A DNA stretch of 64,000 bases from Felis catus. Taxonomy: Eukaryota. The notes beneath the pieces were generated by a model. That model was not told the DNA's origin and did not search any database. It was given only the letters and a program-made list of their open reading frames with translations. The stretch is from assembly GCF_018350175.1 (NCBI RefSeq), contig NC_058368.1:77998001-78062000 (forward strand), in the 5' to 3' direction. Positions 38,607 to 52,239 of this stretch are shown here, in pieces; position 1 is the stretch's first letter; every line of letters starts with the position of its first letter. Both the position numbers and the translations under genes were made by a program.

Positions 38607-40519
38607 GGCACAGTGTGTGGTTCTAATCTACAGTCACAGCAGCGAGCGCAGGAAGCAAACAGGCCTCAGGTCTGGCTCCGTGAAGAATGGCTCCAGCACA
38701 CATCAGTGTGGGCTCAGCGTTGTTCTGTAACGCGGCTTATTAATTTGATTAAATCACATCACCAGAAAAGTAAAGTGTTTTTTGAGAGTTGAACCACAGC
38801 AATCTTGTTTTTCCCCAAAGACAAACTATGAGCGAATTCAGAGTCTGTAATGACGCAAAATAAATTCAATCACAACACGCGCACGTGCAAACACACACAT
38901 GCACACACACACAGGAAATCTCCACTAAAACAAACGCGGTTTCCATTTCTAGTGCATCCAGTATCTCTTTTCAGGGGAGATTTATTTCTGCTTCGAGAAG
39001 CCGATAAAAGAATAATAGCTTATCAATTGCTCATCTATTCCAAAGCGATGCAAAACAGAGGTGAGTTCAAATTTTCACTTGAAGACTGGCAACTCAGTCC
39101 ATACGGGTAAGGCTGTCGTGTCGGATCAGCGTGCAGGAACAATACCAGTTTCACAATTTGGGTTATAGGTGTATCATCACCAGGACAAAGACTTTCTCTA
39201 AGCAGTTAGATTGTGTCCACTGCTTTTTTGTTTTGTTCTGTTCTGTTTTTTTCTTTCCTGGCCCAGGACTCAATACAACTTGCATTCATTGTCTCAAGGT
39301 AGAACTGAGTTTTCAAAGTTAGCTCAAGCTTGTTCTGCAGCTAAGACTGCAGCTGGCCAAATGAGCAAAAGTGAAGACACAAGCCTGAGATCAGAAGCAT
39401 ATTACCATGGAGACTTCCCATTACTATCTACTCAAAGCAAAGAGAAAATGAGATCTTCGGCAGGTGTCAGAAGGACATGGGGGTGAAATAAAAATCCCCA
39501 CCTCTCCACCCTGCTTCCTTATTTGCTCCACACTCTCACCAGGAAACACAGTCTTAGGCAGTGACCGATGTGTTTCTAACAGTGTTGGTTGGCCAAAGCC
39601 CGTGACTCTGACGGAGTCACGTCTCACATTTGCCGTGAAAACCACAAGCATACTTCAGAAATTTACTAGACGAAAAACACAACAGTGAACTTGACAACTC
39701 AAGGTTGACATAAGATGTGTCCACAACAGAAAGGAAGGAACTTTTAGAAACTGAGCTATTTGCTTTCTTGGCAGTGGCCACAGAACACCAGGCCTCCAAA
39801 TACTTTCAGACAAAAGCACTGACACTGAAGGGGTCGTATTATCAACGGAATTTCCTTTTTTGGTGCATTTTGATATCAGACTAATTATAATATAACTTAA
39901 GACAACTGTACTAATTAGGAAACAAAGTATTATCAATGCACCAAAACAAATTATGAAAAAAGATCATGATGAGCTAACTCGTGTCTGAACGCTTTCTAGT
40001 AAGATACGTATTCGTAAATTTATGTGTTTTTCTCCAGTGAAGTTTACATGTATATATTTTTCAAAATCACTAATTCACTATATTCTGTAAGGTTTGTGTT
40101 GTAACAGAAGGCTCTATTGGGTTAAATAGATATTTAACATAAATCATTTCTCTTTAGGCAATGGTCCTCTACAAGGGAGGTGGTATATAATGTTCAATTT
40201 ATTCACAGTGTCATTGTGTTGAAAAGGACACGGAAATCACAGTGAGGCTTCACAGGAAGGAGTAACATGATAATTTCACAACCCAGGTCAGCCCTAATCC
40301 ACAAAGCCTCTGTCTACATGATCCCCCCCAAAACGCTGTCCTTACCCTTGGGAACTCTCATCAAATAAGCAGGAGAAGTACTTTGACACCACTTTGATCC
40401 ACCTGCCTACGGCCCATTTTACCCATTCCATCTCCTACTGTAGCGTGTTTGAAGCAGTCTGACTCACTGTATGGTCAGCAAATAGATAAGATGGATAGTT
40501 TACACTTGGCAGACAAAAA

Positions 40520-40632
40520 TATCTGTCTTCCCAAACTGAACCTACGTATCCGATAAACAGAAAAGTCCCCATTTCTCCCTCACTCCAGCCCCTGGCAACC
40601 CACCATTCTACCTTCTGTCTCTACGAATTTGA
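40520..40632 (-). mobile_element. L1MB-type 3'UTR fragment
   Basis: ccagcccctggcaacccaccattctaccttctgtctctacgaatttga. Confidence 0.8.
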
Positions 40633-41049
40633 AATGTTTAACCCTAGGAAGAGGGATATGTTTTTTCAGTGCAAATATGGATGTTATTGGCATAATTTTA
40701 TATCAGGTTCAAAATAAACTCTCTCTGTACTGGGTGCTGGTTGGATTAATGGTCACCTCCTTTTTTTTCCCTGCTGAGAGAATTCTTTTTTGAAAAACTA
40801 TTCTTGCTACTTCTCTTATTACATTGGCTACTTCTATCTGTTAAAAACAGTCCTGTACATTCCAATCTCCCGATCATGATTTGAACTATGTCGAATTTAC
40901 TTAGTTTTCCTGCGTGTCATGTTTAATTTTATTTTTCACTCGTGTTCAATGGTCACCACTCACCATTACAATCATCTCTGATAGAAAGATTTTAAAAATA
41001 AGATGCTTTATGGAACAAAGCAATGGATTAACTAATAAGTCAAAAATCT

Positions 41050-41506
41050 CTCGAACAATTAGCGAAAGTGTCAAAATGAAAGCCAAGATTTATCTAACTT
41101 AAATGTCCATTGATAGATGCATGGGGTAAAGACAATGTGTAGATATACACAAGGGAATATATCCAGTCTTTAAACAAGAAGGAAATTTACCATATGCCAC
41201 AATATGGATGAGCCTGGAGAACACCATGCTAAGTGAAATAAGAGAACAAATACTCCAAGACTGCACTTAATGAGGCATCTAAAATAGTCAAACTCATACA
41301 GTGTAGAAGGGTAGTTACCACAGGCTGAGGCAAGAGCAGAGGGGAGGAGAAAACGGGGAGCTGTTATTCAAGGGGTTGAAAAGAATCAGTTATACAAGAT
41401 TAGTGTTGAATACAGGGCTTATATTTAATAATACTTTTCCGTTCTCTTAAAATTTTATTGAGAGGGTAGATCTCAAGCTAAGTGTTCTTACTACAATAAA
41501 AAAAAA
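41050..41506 (+). mobile_element. L1M (L1MA10/L1MB-like) 3' end
   Basis: aaatgtccattgatagatg, atgctaagtgaaataag and gagggtagatctcaagctaagtgttcttactacaataaaaaaaaa. Confidence 0.88.
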
Positions 41507-43197
41507 TGAAGAAAAGAAAACCATGGTTTCTGACCACATCATTATCTCTGGCATCATAAACACCTTCCGTGAAAAGGTACTGTTCCGTAACCCCGTTTCA
41601 CTTTCTACTCATAGCAATATTTCAGTTTTCGGTATTTTGCACAGTTAGGATAAGGTGTCTTCCATTCTTAATAATGCCACTCACTAACGTAGGTATTAAC
41701 TCTGGCAACTTTGAGGAGGAAGTTTCAAACATAATATTAAATGAGACCGTTTCTGTTTTTTGAGTCAGAGAACACGAGACTGAATTTTTACGTATCTGTT
41801 AATAACAGTAAGTCTCTTAGCACTGGAGTCAAGAGAGTGGAGAAATACGCAGTGAATCACCCCTACTTATCAGCCAAGCTGCGAGATGGCAGTCATCTGG
41901 GTCCTGGCCCAATGAGGGTGGCAATTAATGATGCAATAACTGGGTAAACAATTAATGGGCATAATTAAAAAGATTCTGAATTTCATGTCTAAACGTTACC
42001 CCAGACAGCTGGATCATTTGCCTGGAGAAGAGCTCTCCTCTCCAATTTTTGATAAGAGAAACAGAATTATTTTTCATTCTCAGACACCCTATTCGGATGA
42101 TAACGAAAACTCTCTCAGGAGCATATACATTAAGATATTTCAACTCTGGTGAGGTATGGCATGCAATTTAATTTTGAAAGTTCTGTCAAAACATCATTCA
42201 CCTGTGACGTTACTTTCCTAACTGTGGGATGATAATTTCCTGTATAACCAATCACTCAGGAAGTTTCCTAAGGAAACGAGACGAGAGCACCGGGTAATGC
42301 CAGGTTTAATACGGCAGCAAATGGCACTGAGGAATAAGGGAGGTAATACACAGGAGAGCTGCTGTGAGCGATAACCTTTAAGGACTGACTTTGGAACAAC
42401 ACAGCAGACACAGATACATTACCACCTTCCTTTTCCTTATGCTCCTTCCATTCGTGGAAATATATGATCGTATATCATCCATGACATCTGATATAGGGTT
42501 AACTAGTAGTTAATTACTGATTTTTTTCTTTGATGCGGCATTGGTGGTCATTTACAAGATCAATGTCAAGACAGGGGGCCACAGGACACACGGAAGCACG
42601 TAAGAGCTTATGCCAGGGCATGTGTAAAATGGCTCATAGCAATATTTTTCTATTTTTAGATACACAGAAAAATAAAACCCTTAAACATTTCGTTACTTGT
42701 CATTAATGTCTTCCCCCCAGAAGGGTGAAAAGACAGATGACTTTCACCCTTCCCCTCCTAACTTTAGGCACTGTAAAAGCTCTTACAAATTAGCATGATT
42801 TACCTTCATGGGTGAAAAGAGCCATTTTACCCAGCCACTCACCTCCACACCAAACAGGAGGCATAAACCCTGACTTTGGGACTGTCCCTCCCCTCAGCTG
42901 ATTGTGCTCTGAGAATGAGGGAACCAGGAACATTTGTCGCCAGATGCCCTGTGACACCGATCTTGAGGTGATGAGAAACATGAAACTCAGTCATTCAGTC
43001 CACTCAAGCAAACTTCAGAGGAAGCATTGAGATCACCAGGCAAGCCAGTGACTCAGGACTTAGCTTGTTATTCACATTTTTGAAGTGTATAAATTGTATG
43101 TGACATTAAACATGTGAAATGACAATGTTAATTAACAGAGCTAGCATTCAGTCGTGCTTACTCTCTAAGAAGCTATGTGTTTTACATTATGATTTTA

Positions 43198-43220
43198 TTT
43201 TATTTATTATTTGCTTTATT

Positions 43221-43275
<55 letters not shown>

Positions 43276-43397
43276 CTTAAGCAGGCTCCACGCTTCAGCA
43301 TGGACCATGACACAGGGCTCAATCCCACAACCCTGGGATCACAACCTGAGCCGAAATCAAGTTCAGGCACTCAACAGATGGAGTCACCTAGATGCCC
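43198..43397 (-). mobile_element. CanSINE, older
   Basis: (GA)n then antisense body; TSD ttaca(t/c)tat(g/a)atttta at 43182-43197 and 43398-43413. Confidence 0.93.
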
Positions 43398-43859
43398 TTA
43401 CACTATAATTTTAATCATTACAACAACAGCTTGAGCCCAGGCAGTGTCACAGAGTACCAGCCAGACACTGAACACAATACAGTAACAATTTAATGTAAAT
43501 TTTAGGAAACATTTTGTTTGCTTGCAACACTGTCTTACATTATTCATATGTGATATAAGAAGCTCTCAGGAGGGTATCATATACCTTGAAGCAAAAGTAG
43601 TTGCACAGTATCATTTCTATGGTGCTATTTTCTTGTTAAATATGCCAGCAAGGACATTATCAAGAATGAGGAATTTCTCTCTGAAAAACAGATTAGCCCA
43701 TTTGCTCATAGCATTTCTAAAAATTTTATACAATTATGGTTTTAATTAGGAAAGCAGTCGAAATATACCACAACATAAAAAAAGAAGATAAAGCAGGATT
43801 CCATAATACTCTGAAATACATACCAGTCTATGCTGGAAGACTATGTATGTAACAGCATT

Positions 43860-44010
43860 TTCCAGCAGTGAAAGCCCTGACCCAGCTTCAGAACTCCTTT
43901 GAAATCCTCACTAGCCAAGTGACCTCAGGTGAGGTGCCCAGCATTCGTTGTTGAGACAATTTATGTAAAAAGCTTTGTAAATGGTAAAGCATCCAACGAA
44001 CGTTGCTAAC
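43860..44010 (+). mobile_element. MIR fragment, diverged
   Basis: cactagccaagtgacctcagg...tatgtaaaaagctttgtaaatggtaaagc. Confidence 0.5.
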
Positions 44011-44899
44011 ACTAGAGGTCATTCACAACGCTTTTCATAAGGCCGCCAATCTCGAGCGGTGTCCACCATGCAGAAGAAACACACGGGCTGGTACCCAGAG
44101 AGGGTGAGACAGCAGCAGACACTCTCACACAGCTTCAAGTTCAAGTCTACGAGGTGCAGAGCTTTGTGGGCTCACGATAACTCTTTCTAGCAATAAAGGG
44201 CACTTCCCTCCCACTGTCAACACCTCCACATGGTTCCTCAGGCATCCACCTTTCGGGGGGAGGGGGGGTCTGGGGTGAGTCTGTAAGTACAGAAGATGCT
44301 GCATAGAATGGGTCCTGAAAATAGTAGGGGAAAGGGGGTGCTGAGAACACAGAGACATATCACGGTGTGAGCCATGCAAAGACCTGGCACAGTGTGGGGA
44401 GGCTCTCAGGACCCTGGGTGCCCTGTCAGCTGCACAGCCTCTCCCTCCGGGGAGAGTCCGCTTACCCGACATAGCGCTTCACAGCACCACCCGGGTTTCA
44501 GAAAAGACATCTGATGAGGACGATGAATGGAAATGAGACTTTACCAGCTCTTTCTGCCGAAGGAAAAAGAGAGCCTGAAAACCTCCAAGATCATTTCAGG
44601 GAGGCTTCTCTGGGAGAAAGCAGTCATAACTGACTTACGAGAGAGCGCCCATCACTAGGTTATCCAGATGCTCTAAACCCATAGGTCCAAAGACTCCTGT
44701 TTGACCGATGTCCTGCACACACGGGCTCTGGTTTGATATTTATATCCAGTGCTCAGCATGTGAGTAGCCACACCCGAGGCTTCCAGTTTGGGTTGAACTT
44801 CTAGATGCTGGAAACCCAGAAAACCAAGCTCGAGAACCACTCACGACAGTAGGGCTCCCCCCTCACATCCACTAACAAGCGATTCCCTTATGCCACGAA

Positions 44900-45038
44900 T
44901 GCAGCTTGAACACCAGCATCATGAGCATCACCTGGACGCCTAGGAGAAATGCGCTCTCAGACCCTCCCCATTTATGGAATCAGAATCTGCATCTTAACAC
45001 CCCAGGTGATTCATGCACACAGTATCAGAGGCACTGCC
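44900..45038. mobile_element. MER5A-like hAT-Charlie DNA transposon relic
   Basis: gcatcacctgg...agaaatgc...gaatcagaatctgcatcttaaca...caggtgattcatgcacaca. Confidence 0.8.
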
Positions 45039-46169
45039 ATGGATTACTTTTTCCTTAAGCAGTAACATAAAATGACATTGAAGGTTCTTTTTTTTTTTTT
45101 TTCAGCTCCAGTATTTTTTTTTTTCTGTAATTGCACACCCTGCACAGAGCATCCCACTTGGAAACTGGGGAATTATTTTGTTCTTCCTAATCAGAGGGGG
45201 CTCAGGGACACAGTTCTTAAAGGCATCTCAGACTGCATTCCCACGCAGTTGGTGGGAAGCATGCTTCATGAATATGCATCCAGGCTATACCATTGATTAA
45301 AGAGGCCTTAGCAGAAACAATGAAGACAGCAAGTGTGTAAAAAAGTGCTTTGGAGATAGATCTGTTTTAGTCAAGCTATCATTTCAGTGAATGCCAAACA
45401 AACCACCTCCACTGTAGACTCCCCCCCCCCCCCGCCCCCGTGATCTCACTTGGCTTTATCAAATGCTGTTAGAGGTTCCGGTTATTCCCAAGCAGGTGGG
45501 AGGGTGAGGGAGCTCTTCAATCACTCATCTGCAAGGAGTCTGGGGATGTTTTGAGTACAAAAGTCATTATACAAAAACAAATGCTCTTCTATCACATTTT
45601 ATTGGTGAATAATTATTATGTTCTAGCAAGTGAAGAATGAACAGTACTGCCTCGCAGGAAGATAGCACACCAGGCATTTCTCCCACACGAATCTCAGGTG
45701 CCTTATCTTGGGCTGAAAATTCAGATTCAGAGTCTCTGTCTCGGGGTCTTGCCCTCTCAGAGACCAAGGATTTATGATGATGACCTCTGCCACCCTGAAG
45801 TAAGTTAAAGAGTGCCATCCCTGTGGGAGAAACATACCTGACTTGTAAAAAGACTGTGGGTAAAAGGTTGATATTTAGTTGGCCTAACTAGGTTAGGGCT
45901 TAAACCAAACCTTACGGCGGAGACGAACACAGGCTTCCAGCTCTGATTCTGGTCACCTCTCAGTGGAAGCACTTAGTTCTTATTTATACGGTGTTCTAAC
46001 ACCTGTACGTTACCCTTGTTCCAGTCCATCTTTCAAAGTCCAATCTCTTTAACCTACCTAAAATTCCAGGTTCCTCACTCAATATGCTTCCGCTTCCAAT
46101 TTAAATGGTTTGCTATGTTACAGGTAGATCAACTCTAAACTCCGAAGCTTATCATGGAAGGATTTCCAC

Positions 46170-46375
46170 TATAATAATTGCTCATCATGTGACAGAGTTT
46201 GTTAGTGCCAAGCACGGTACAAGCACCTGCCATATAGTAACTCAATTCGATCTGTAGGGTAAATTCTATTCTTCCCCCATTTTCCTCGTGATGAAATTAA
46301 GGGAGAGAAAGTTTAAGAAACTCGCCCAGGGTTACCCAGTTAGAAAGCAGGAGAGTTGGATTCCCAACTCGGGGT
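46170..46375 (-). mobile_element. MIR SINE
   Basis: ccccattttcctcgtgatgaaattaagg...ctcgcccagggttacccagttag antisense core. Confidence 0.75.
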
Positions 46376-46824
46376 CCGTAGTGTAGAAATGTATGCAAGT
46401 TTAAGACAAAAGTATCTTTTAAATATTACTTGCATATTAGATGAGGGATCTTCACAACCCATAACAAATTTGGAAGCCAAGGAATAAATGGAGAAAATAA
46501 TAAAGATGGTGAAAGGCTATCACTTTTAGTATCTTAGGTATAACTTCGAGACAATTCTGTGCATAATTTGAAGTGGTAAAATGGTATGGTATATTATATT
46601 CAGTTTGCATTTAAACTCACATCATCCTCCCTTTAACACACAAAGACACAAACATAAATCCTCTACAAATACATATATACTATGGACTTCCTATGTTCTT
46701 GTGTAGATAAAATGAGATCTACCAAGTGGTCCTGCGAATATCCCAAGATCTAAGTATAAACTAAAAGAAGTGAGCACAGCTGATAAACCTCTTTAGCAAT
46801 GTCATTGTCATATGTATATTTTTC

Positions 46825-47240
46825 GGTCACTTATTCATGCATGCTACGTATAACAGAAAAATCCCAAAATAATAGTGGCTTCAAGCAGGTGATTTATTTC
46901 TCTGGTTAAAAAGGACTACTCAAAGTAGTCCCCGTTGGTTTAGTGACTCCAAATATTCACCAAGTCCCCTGGTTGTCCAAGGGGTTGTCCAAGTCCCCAG
47001 CTGTAGGATAACAACCTTCCTGGTCAGGGGTCAAGAAGCCCGCTGGGGCTGGAGAACATCACACTAGAATTCAAGTAGCAAAGCAGAGACAAAAAAGACA
47101 AACAAATGCCCTTCCCCTTTAAGATGGCCCCCTCAGAAAGAAAATCCTGCATTTCTATATGCATTTTCTTGGCCAGTATTTGCACTTGATCATATGGCCC
47201 CTTAAAACCACAACTGACCTCAGGATATTGGGTTCTATTA
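46825..47240 (-). mobile_element. MaLR LTR relic (MLT1I/J-like)
   Basis: taacagaaaaatcccaaaataatagtggctt...tttatttctct and ttggccag...tcatatggcc motifs. Confidence 0.6.
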
Positions 47241-47322
47241 GAAAATGGGAAAGAGAGTGACTATTTCTCTATAATGTATGATCCTACTCATTCTTATGGC
47301 TCAATTGAAAAACCACTTCCTC

Positions 47323-47491
47323 GGGGTGCCAGGGTGGCTCAGTGGGTTGAACATCTGACTCTTAATTTCGGTTCAGGTCATGATGCCAGGGTTGTAGGAT
47401 TGAGCCCCGCATCAGGTTCCATGCTGATTGTGGAGCCTACTTAGGATTGTCTCTCTGCTCCTCCCAGGCTTGTGTGCGCTCTGTCTGTCTG

Positions 47492-47563
<72 letters not shown>

Positions 47564-47577
47564 CAAATAACAACAAC
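47323..47577 (+). mobile_element. CanSINE, older, with (CT)n(CA)n
   Basis: TSD aaaaccacttc(c/t)tc either side. Confidence 0.94.
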
Positions 47578-49713
47578 AAAACCACTTCTTCAATAAAAGC
47601 TTTCCTAATCCTTTCTTGTTAAACTTGACCTTTTTCTAGTGGTTCACAGCATTCTGTCCTGGAATACAAATGGTTTTAAGCAAAACTTACATGCCATTGG
47701 AGGACAGGGCTCGTCAGCACATTGATTCATGCACCCATTCAACAAACACGAATGGGGTCACTATTACAGGCAGTTCCCCCATGATCTGCATGTGAAACAT
47801 GTTCGAAACGTTTTTGCTAATTTATGCAATTATACCTCAGCAGATTTCAAATACTAAAATTTTAACAGCACTGTAGGTCTCCCGATCCGTTGACGGTCAA
47901 AGCAATTTGGGAATGTCTGTGCCTCATCTGCCACTGCCAACATTACTGCCGATGGATCTTGCCATGGAGGTGCCAGGCCTGGTTATGGATGCTCCCAGGG
48001 TACCATCCCAAAGGGGAAAGGGCTGGTCAAAGGCAAAGACCACCATTTAGCACCGTGGATGACACTAGGGTGTGCTACTCGGGAGTCTTTTCACTTAAAT
48101 AGAAAAAAAAAATAACGCTACAAGGCTTGGGAGAAAGACGTGGGAAATCCCCAGTGCTGAAAGGGTCTATGTTAAGTAGTACCAGTCAAAACTGTTCTCT
48201 CTTTTACCAGCTCTTGGTTCTTCTTTGTGAAAATGACACGGGGCTTTTATTACCCGTCCAAAACAGAAATGCAAAAGAAAAGCTGAAACCTCTGCTAAAA
48301 GTTTTTAAAAGCCCAAACTGGAAAAAAACAAAAATGTTTTCAATTCTTTGTTTAACTTTGTTTTGTTTTTACACACCACATTGCACAAAGACTGTTTTCA
48401 CACAGCCACGGGAGAAACATATTGTTTGAGTAAGTTTTGTGAAAGACATTGATCGGATGCCTGTTTTACCTTTTGTGATAGTTCCTGAATGCTTGACCTA
48501 TCACTGAAATCTCAAATATATTTGCAAAAGAATGCTTCTCACAAACCATACGTAGAAATGTGCGTCTATATTTAAGTTTCTCTCCTTTTACACAAAATAT
48601 TTATGAATAGTTACATATGAAAAATCAAAATATGCTTCTTTCCACTTCTATTTTTTATTTATAACTTGACGAAATATATTCTTTTTATATACACATGGTA
48701 ATTTTTTTAAATAATTATCTTATTTTAGAACATTTTAGCCAATTTGACTTCTACGTATAGTAAGGTAAGTCAAGTGATTGTTGTTTTTCTTTAAAATACA
48801 AATATATCATTAAAGTAAATGTGATTCAAAATTCCTATCATCAGAGATATCAGAATTGAAACATACAACATATATATTTCAAAAAAAGATCTATTTCATC
48901 ATTTACTTGTACACAAAGTATGCTTAATTTATAGATAAGAAAATCAAAACTGAGAGATCGAATTACTTGTGCAAGGTCACAAAGAAATATATAAAGATTA
49001 AAGGTAGAAATTTATATATTTACCAACAAATAATGGCATCTGTTCCAATTCTCTTTAGTGTTGTTTATTTTACAGTGTTTCCAGTTGTACTGGGCTTACA
49101 TCCCTCACAATGCCTCTACAAGAAGAGTTTCATGCTTAAACAAGTTTGGAGATTCACAAAGCACAGTGATACATGAAAGGCTCTGAGTAGACCAGCCATA
49201 AAGAAATATAATTAACTTTTTTTTTAAAGCTACTAATTCTCAAGACATTTTTGAGCACAACATCTTTTGTCTTTCAACATCTTGTAACCTCCTGTGTAAT
49301 TAGTCATTCCCCAGCACAGTCTTTGGGAAGACTTGACAGTGATTTACTCCAACCTTGACAAGTGTCTGGGAAGAAGACATCTGCCAATGTGATATTTATG
49401 TCCAGCTTTTTATTTAGGTATCACTAGGACACTCTCCTTCCCGGTACCTCAATCACCTTTTGTATGTTCCCTTCAATTAAAACATCACCCAGATATTCTT
49501 GGACAAGGCAAGGAAGTGCTCAGTTTCCACAGGCCAAGTACACGTTATCCAGGCTATTGAGATTTGCCTGGGTAGCAGAAATACATAGGACATTTAAGTA
49601 ATGATGTTAATGACGTTTCAACAGTGACTGATGGCCAACTGCTATGTTTTATATGCCAAGTATATTTTGTTTATTTAACAAGTGCCTCTATAGCATTAAC
49701 AATGGGCCAGACG

Positions 49714-49954
49714 TGGCGCCTGGGTGGCTCAGTCGGTTAAGCATCCGGCTTTGGCTCAGGTCATGATCTCACGGTTTGTGGGTTTGAGCCCCGCATTGGG
49801 CTCTGTGCTGACAGCTCAGAGCCTGGAGCCTGCTTCCGATTCTGTGTCTCCCTCTCTCTCTCTGCCTCTCCCTCACTCATGCTCTCTCTCTCTCTCCGTC
49901 TCGCAAAAATAAATAAACGTTAAGAAAAATTAAAACAAACAAACAAAAAAACAA
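49714..49954 (+). mobile_element. CanSINE inserted in a MIR
   Basis: Degenerate TSD aacaatgggccagacg (49698-49713) and aacaacgtgccagacg (49955-49970). Confidence 0.96.
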
Positions 49955-50150
49955 AACAACGTGCCAGACGCTATTCTAAGGCTTTAGTAACCTGGATTTA
50001 TTTAATCTTTCTAACACAGCCCGAGGAGCTGAGTGCTATATTCCTCCTTTTATTAGAGATGAAGAAACTGAGTTAGAAAAGTTAAGTAAATGTCTTGAGG
50101 TCACACTGATTTTAAGCTGCAGAGACAGAGTTTGAATGTAGACATCCTGG
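49955..50150 (-). mobile_element. MIR SINE
   Basis: gtgccagacgctattctaagg...agatgaagaaactgag...aggtcacac. Confidence 0.8.
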
Positions 50151-50584
50151 TTAGGAAGCTCGGGCACCACTTACCGAATCATCCCTATGACCTGTTGCTT
50201 GACCAAAGGAGATATTGTCATAGGACAGGAGCTTCTCAAAGTTCACCACATGGATGGCCAAGTCTGCCTATTCATGGCACACGGCACAACCACATAATCA
50301 CGGATCTTGTAACATTGATCTAAGGACTGGAGCAAACTCATTTGACTCTATCAAAGAACCGGCAATCACCTGAGAGCTTCTTACTGGGGGTCTTATATTT
50401 TTTCATGCGGATAAAAATGACTTTTTGGTAAAGGCCGGGGCACAGTGAATTTTAATTACACCTCACCTTATTCATTGCTAAGAGTGCAGGGTATACGCAA
50501 GCTGCCCTTATACCCTCTTGGTGCTATAAAAATCCATTCAGTGGACAGATATGTACGAAATCGCTGCTATTCTCTACAAGTGTG

Positions 50585-50792
50585 CGGCTCAAGATGGTAG
50601 CCACTAGCCACATGTGGATATTTAAATGAAATATTAGACCAATGAAATTTAGATGGAACTTAGGATTTATTTCACCCCTGTTTTACTGGTCACATTTCAA
50701 GTGCCCCGCTGCTGTAAGTGGCTAGTGGCTACTGTCCTGAATGGCGAAGACATCAGACATTCCGATTACTGTGAAAGTTCTACGGAGCAGCA
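50585..50792 (-). mobile_element. MER3/MER33-like hAT-Charlie relic
   Basis: ggtagccactagccacatgtgg...cacatttcaagtgc...gtggctagtggctac...gaaagttcta. Confidence 0.85.
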
Positions 50793-51975
50793 TCACTCCT
50801 GGATACCGTCAGGTAAAATATGGTTAAGACTGTAACCTGCTCTGCAAAATAAGGGACGACGCAACCTCACTGTAACTAAAGAATTCTTGGGCTCTTTTAC
50901 ATAACTTTTGAAGGACTATTTTACATTTAAGATAAGAAAATATAATAGTGCTGTGTGATTATAAAATAGCACTCTGAAATTTGATCTAAAAATGAAAGCC
51001 TTGATTTTTTTTCAACTTCTGCTTGGTGTTTTTTTTAAATGCCTGAATAATTGCCCATATGCGTGTGATTTTCTAATTCTGTAACTGTTTTTCTGAGCCT
51101 CATTTGACTGATTCACCCTCCTTTTCTCCCTTAGGAGCTCTGAATTATATTAGGAATCTCCTGGATATATGAAATTAATACTATACTAGCAGTAGGCTAT
51201 GGCCAGGACTGTTCATGGAAATTCCCAAGTGGATAGAAATAGAAATCTAGAACTAAGCCTGAGGTAGACAAGGAGAGGGGACTCAGACGCTTGGATGAGG
51301 TACACCTTAAAAGTGCAGAATATCTTACTTATACGGGACTTTAGACAAGAAGAAATTATTTCTGTGCTGATATAGGTGGAGATTTGAAAAGGTAGCAAGC
51401 ACAGAGGTGAGTGGATGTGTCTCCACAAGAAATCAACTGTCTAGAAACACCCCGGCCCCCCATGCCTCTACTTTATTTCTATCTTCAAATTGCCTCTTTC
51501 CCCATGGGTAAAAGCTAACTTGATCCCAGTCTAAGTCAGAAGTTCCCAGAAGGCATCATGGTCTGGCCCAATACCATCTCAGACCCATGACTCAGCATCT
51601 GATTCAGATTTTGACACTGAAAGTTAAGCACATTATATTCAATGAGCTGAAAATACTCCAAACCATCACAGAAAACCCTAAGATAAAATGGAAAAATGTC
51701 ATGCATGCTATGGTCTTTCACATTATTGCCATAACAAATGAGCAATCTCTCAGTCTAAATATGACTGTTTTTAGGAGATTACCCATTTAAAATGGACGTT
51801 TATGCAAATAACTCAACAGAGTTTGACAACTTTTATAAATTATGGACAATTTTTTAAACAAATTAGACTTCTGACATTGAGAATTCCAAAGTTACAGTAA
51901 TAAATAACATTTCAGGTCATAGAGAAGAAAAGTCCTACATCTAAATGGAATAAGATGTATTTCTTAAACAGCATC

Positions 51976-51976
51976 A

Positions 51977-52025
<49 letters not shown>

Positions 52026-52134
52026 GAAAGAAAAGAAAAGAAAGAGAGGGAGGGAGGGAGGAAGGAGGGACGAAGGAAGGAAGGGAGGTGAGGTGGGGAG
52101 AAAGAAAGAGAGAGATGAAGGGAGGGAAGGAAGG
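51976..52134. repeat. (GAAA)n and GGA-rich polypurine tract
   Basis: Directly visible. Confidence 0.97.
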
Positions 52135-52239
52135 TTGGTTTAGTATCACATAGGCTGAATGTATAGAACATTTTTAAGACAAATTAATTGAAAACAAAAT
52201 GGTCAGGATGTTAAACTTGACAAGTAAAAGCTAAGTAAC

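Noticed and set aside
49080..49332. Possible hAT-Charlie (MER102/103-like) relic
   Set aside because: Resemblance too faint to call by eye; needs a Dfam search.
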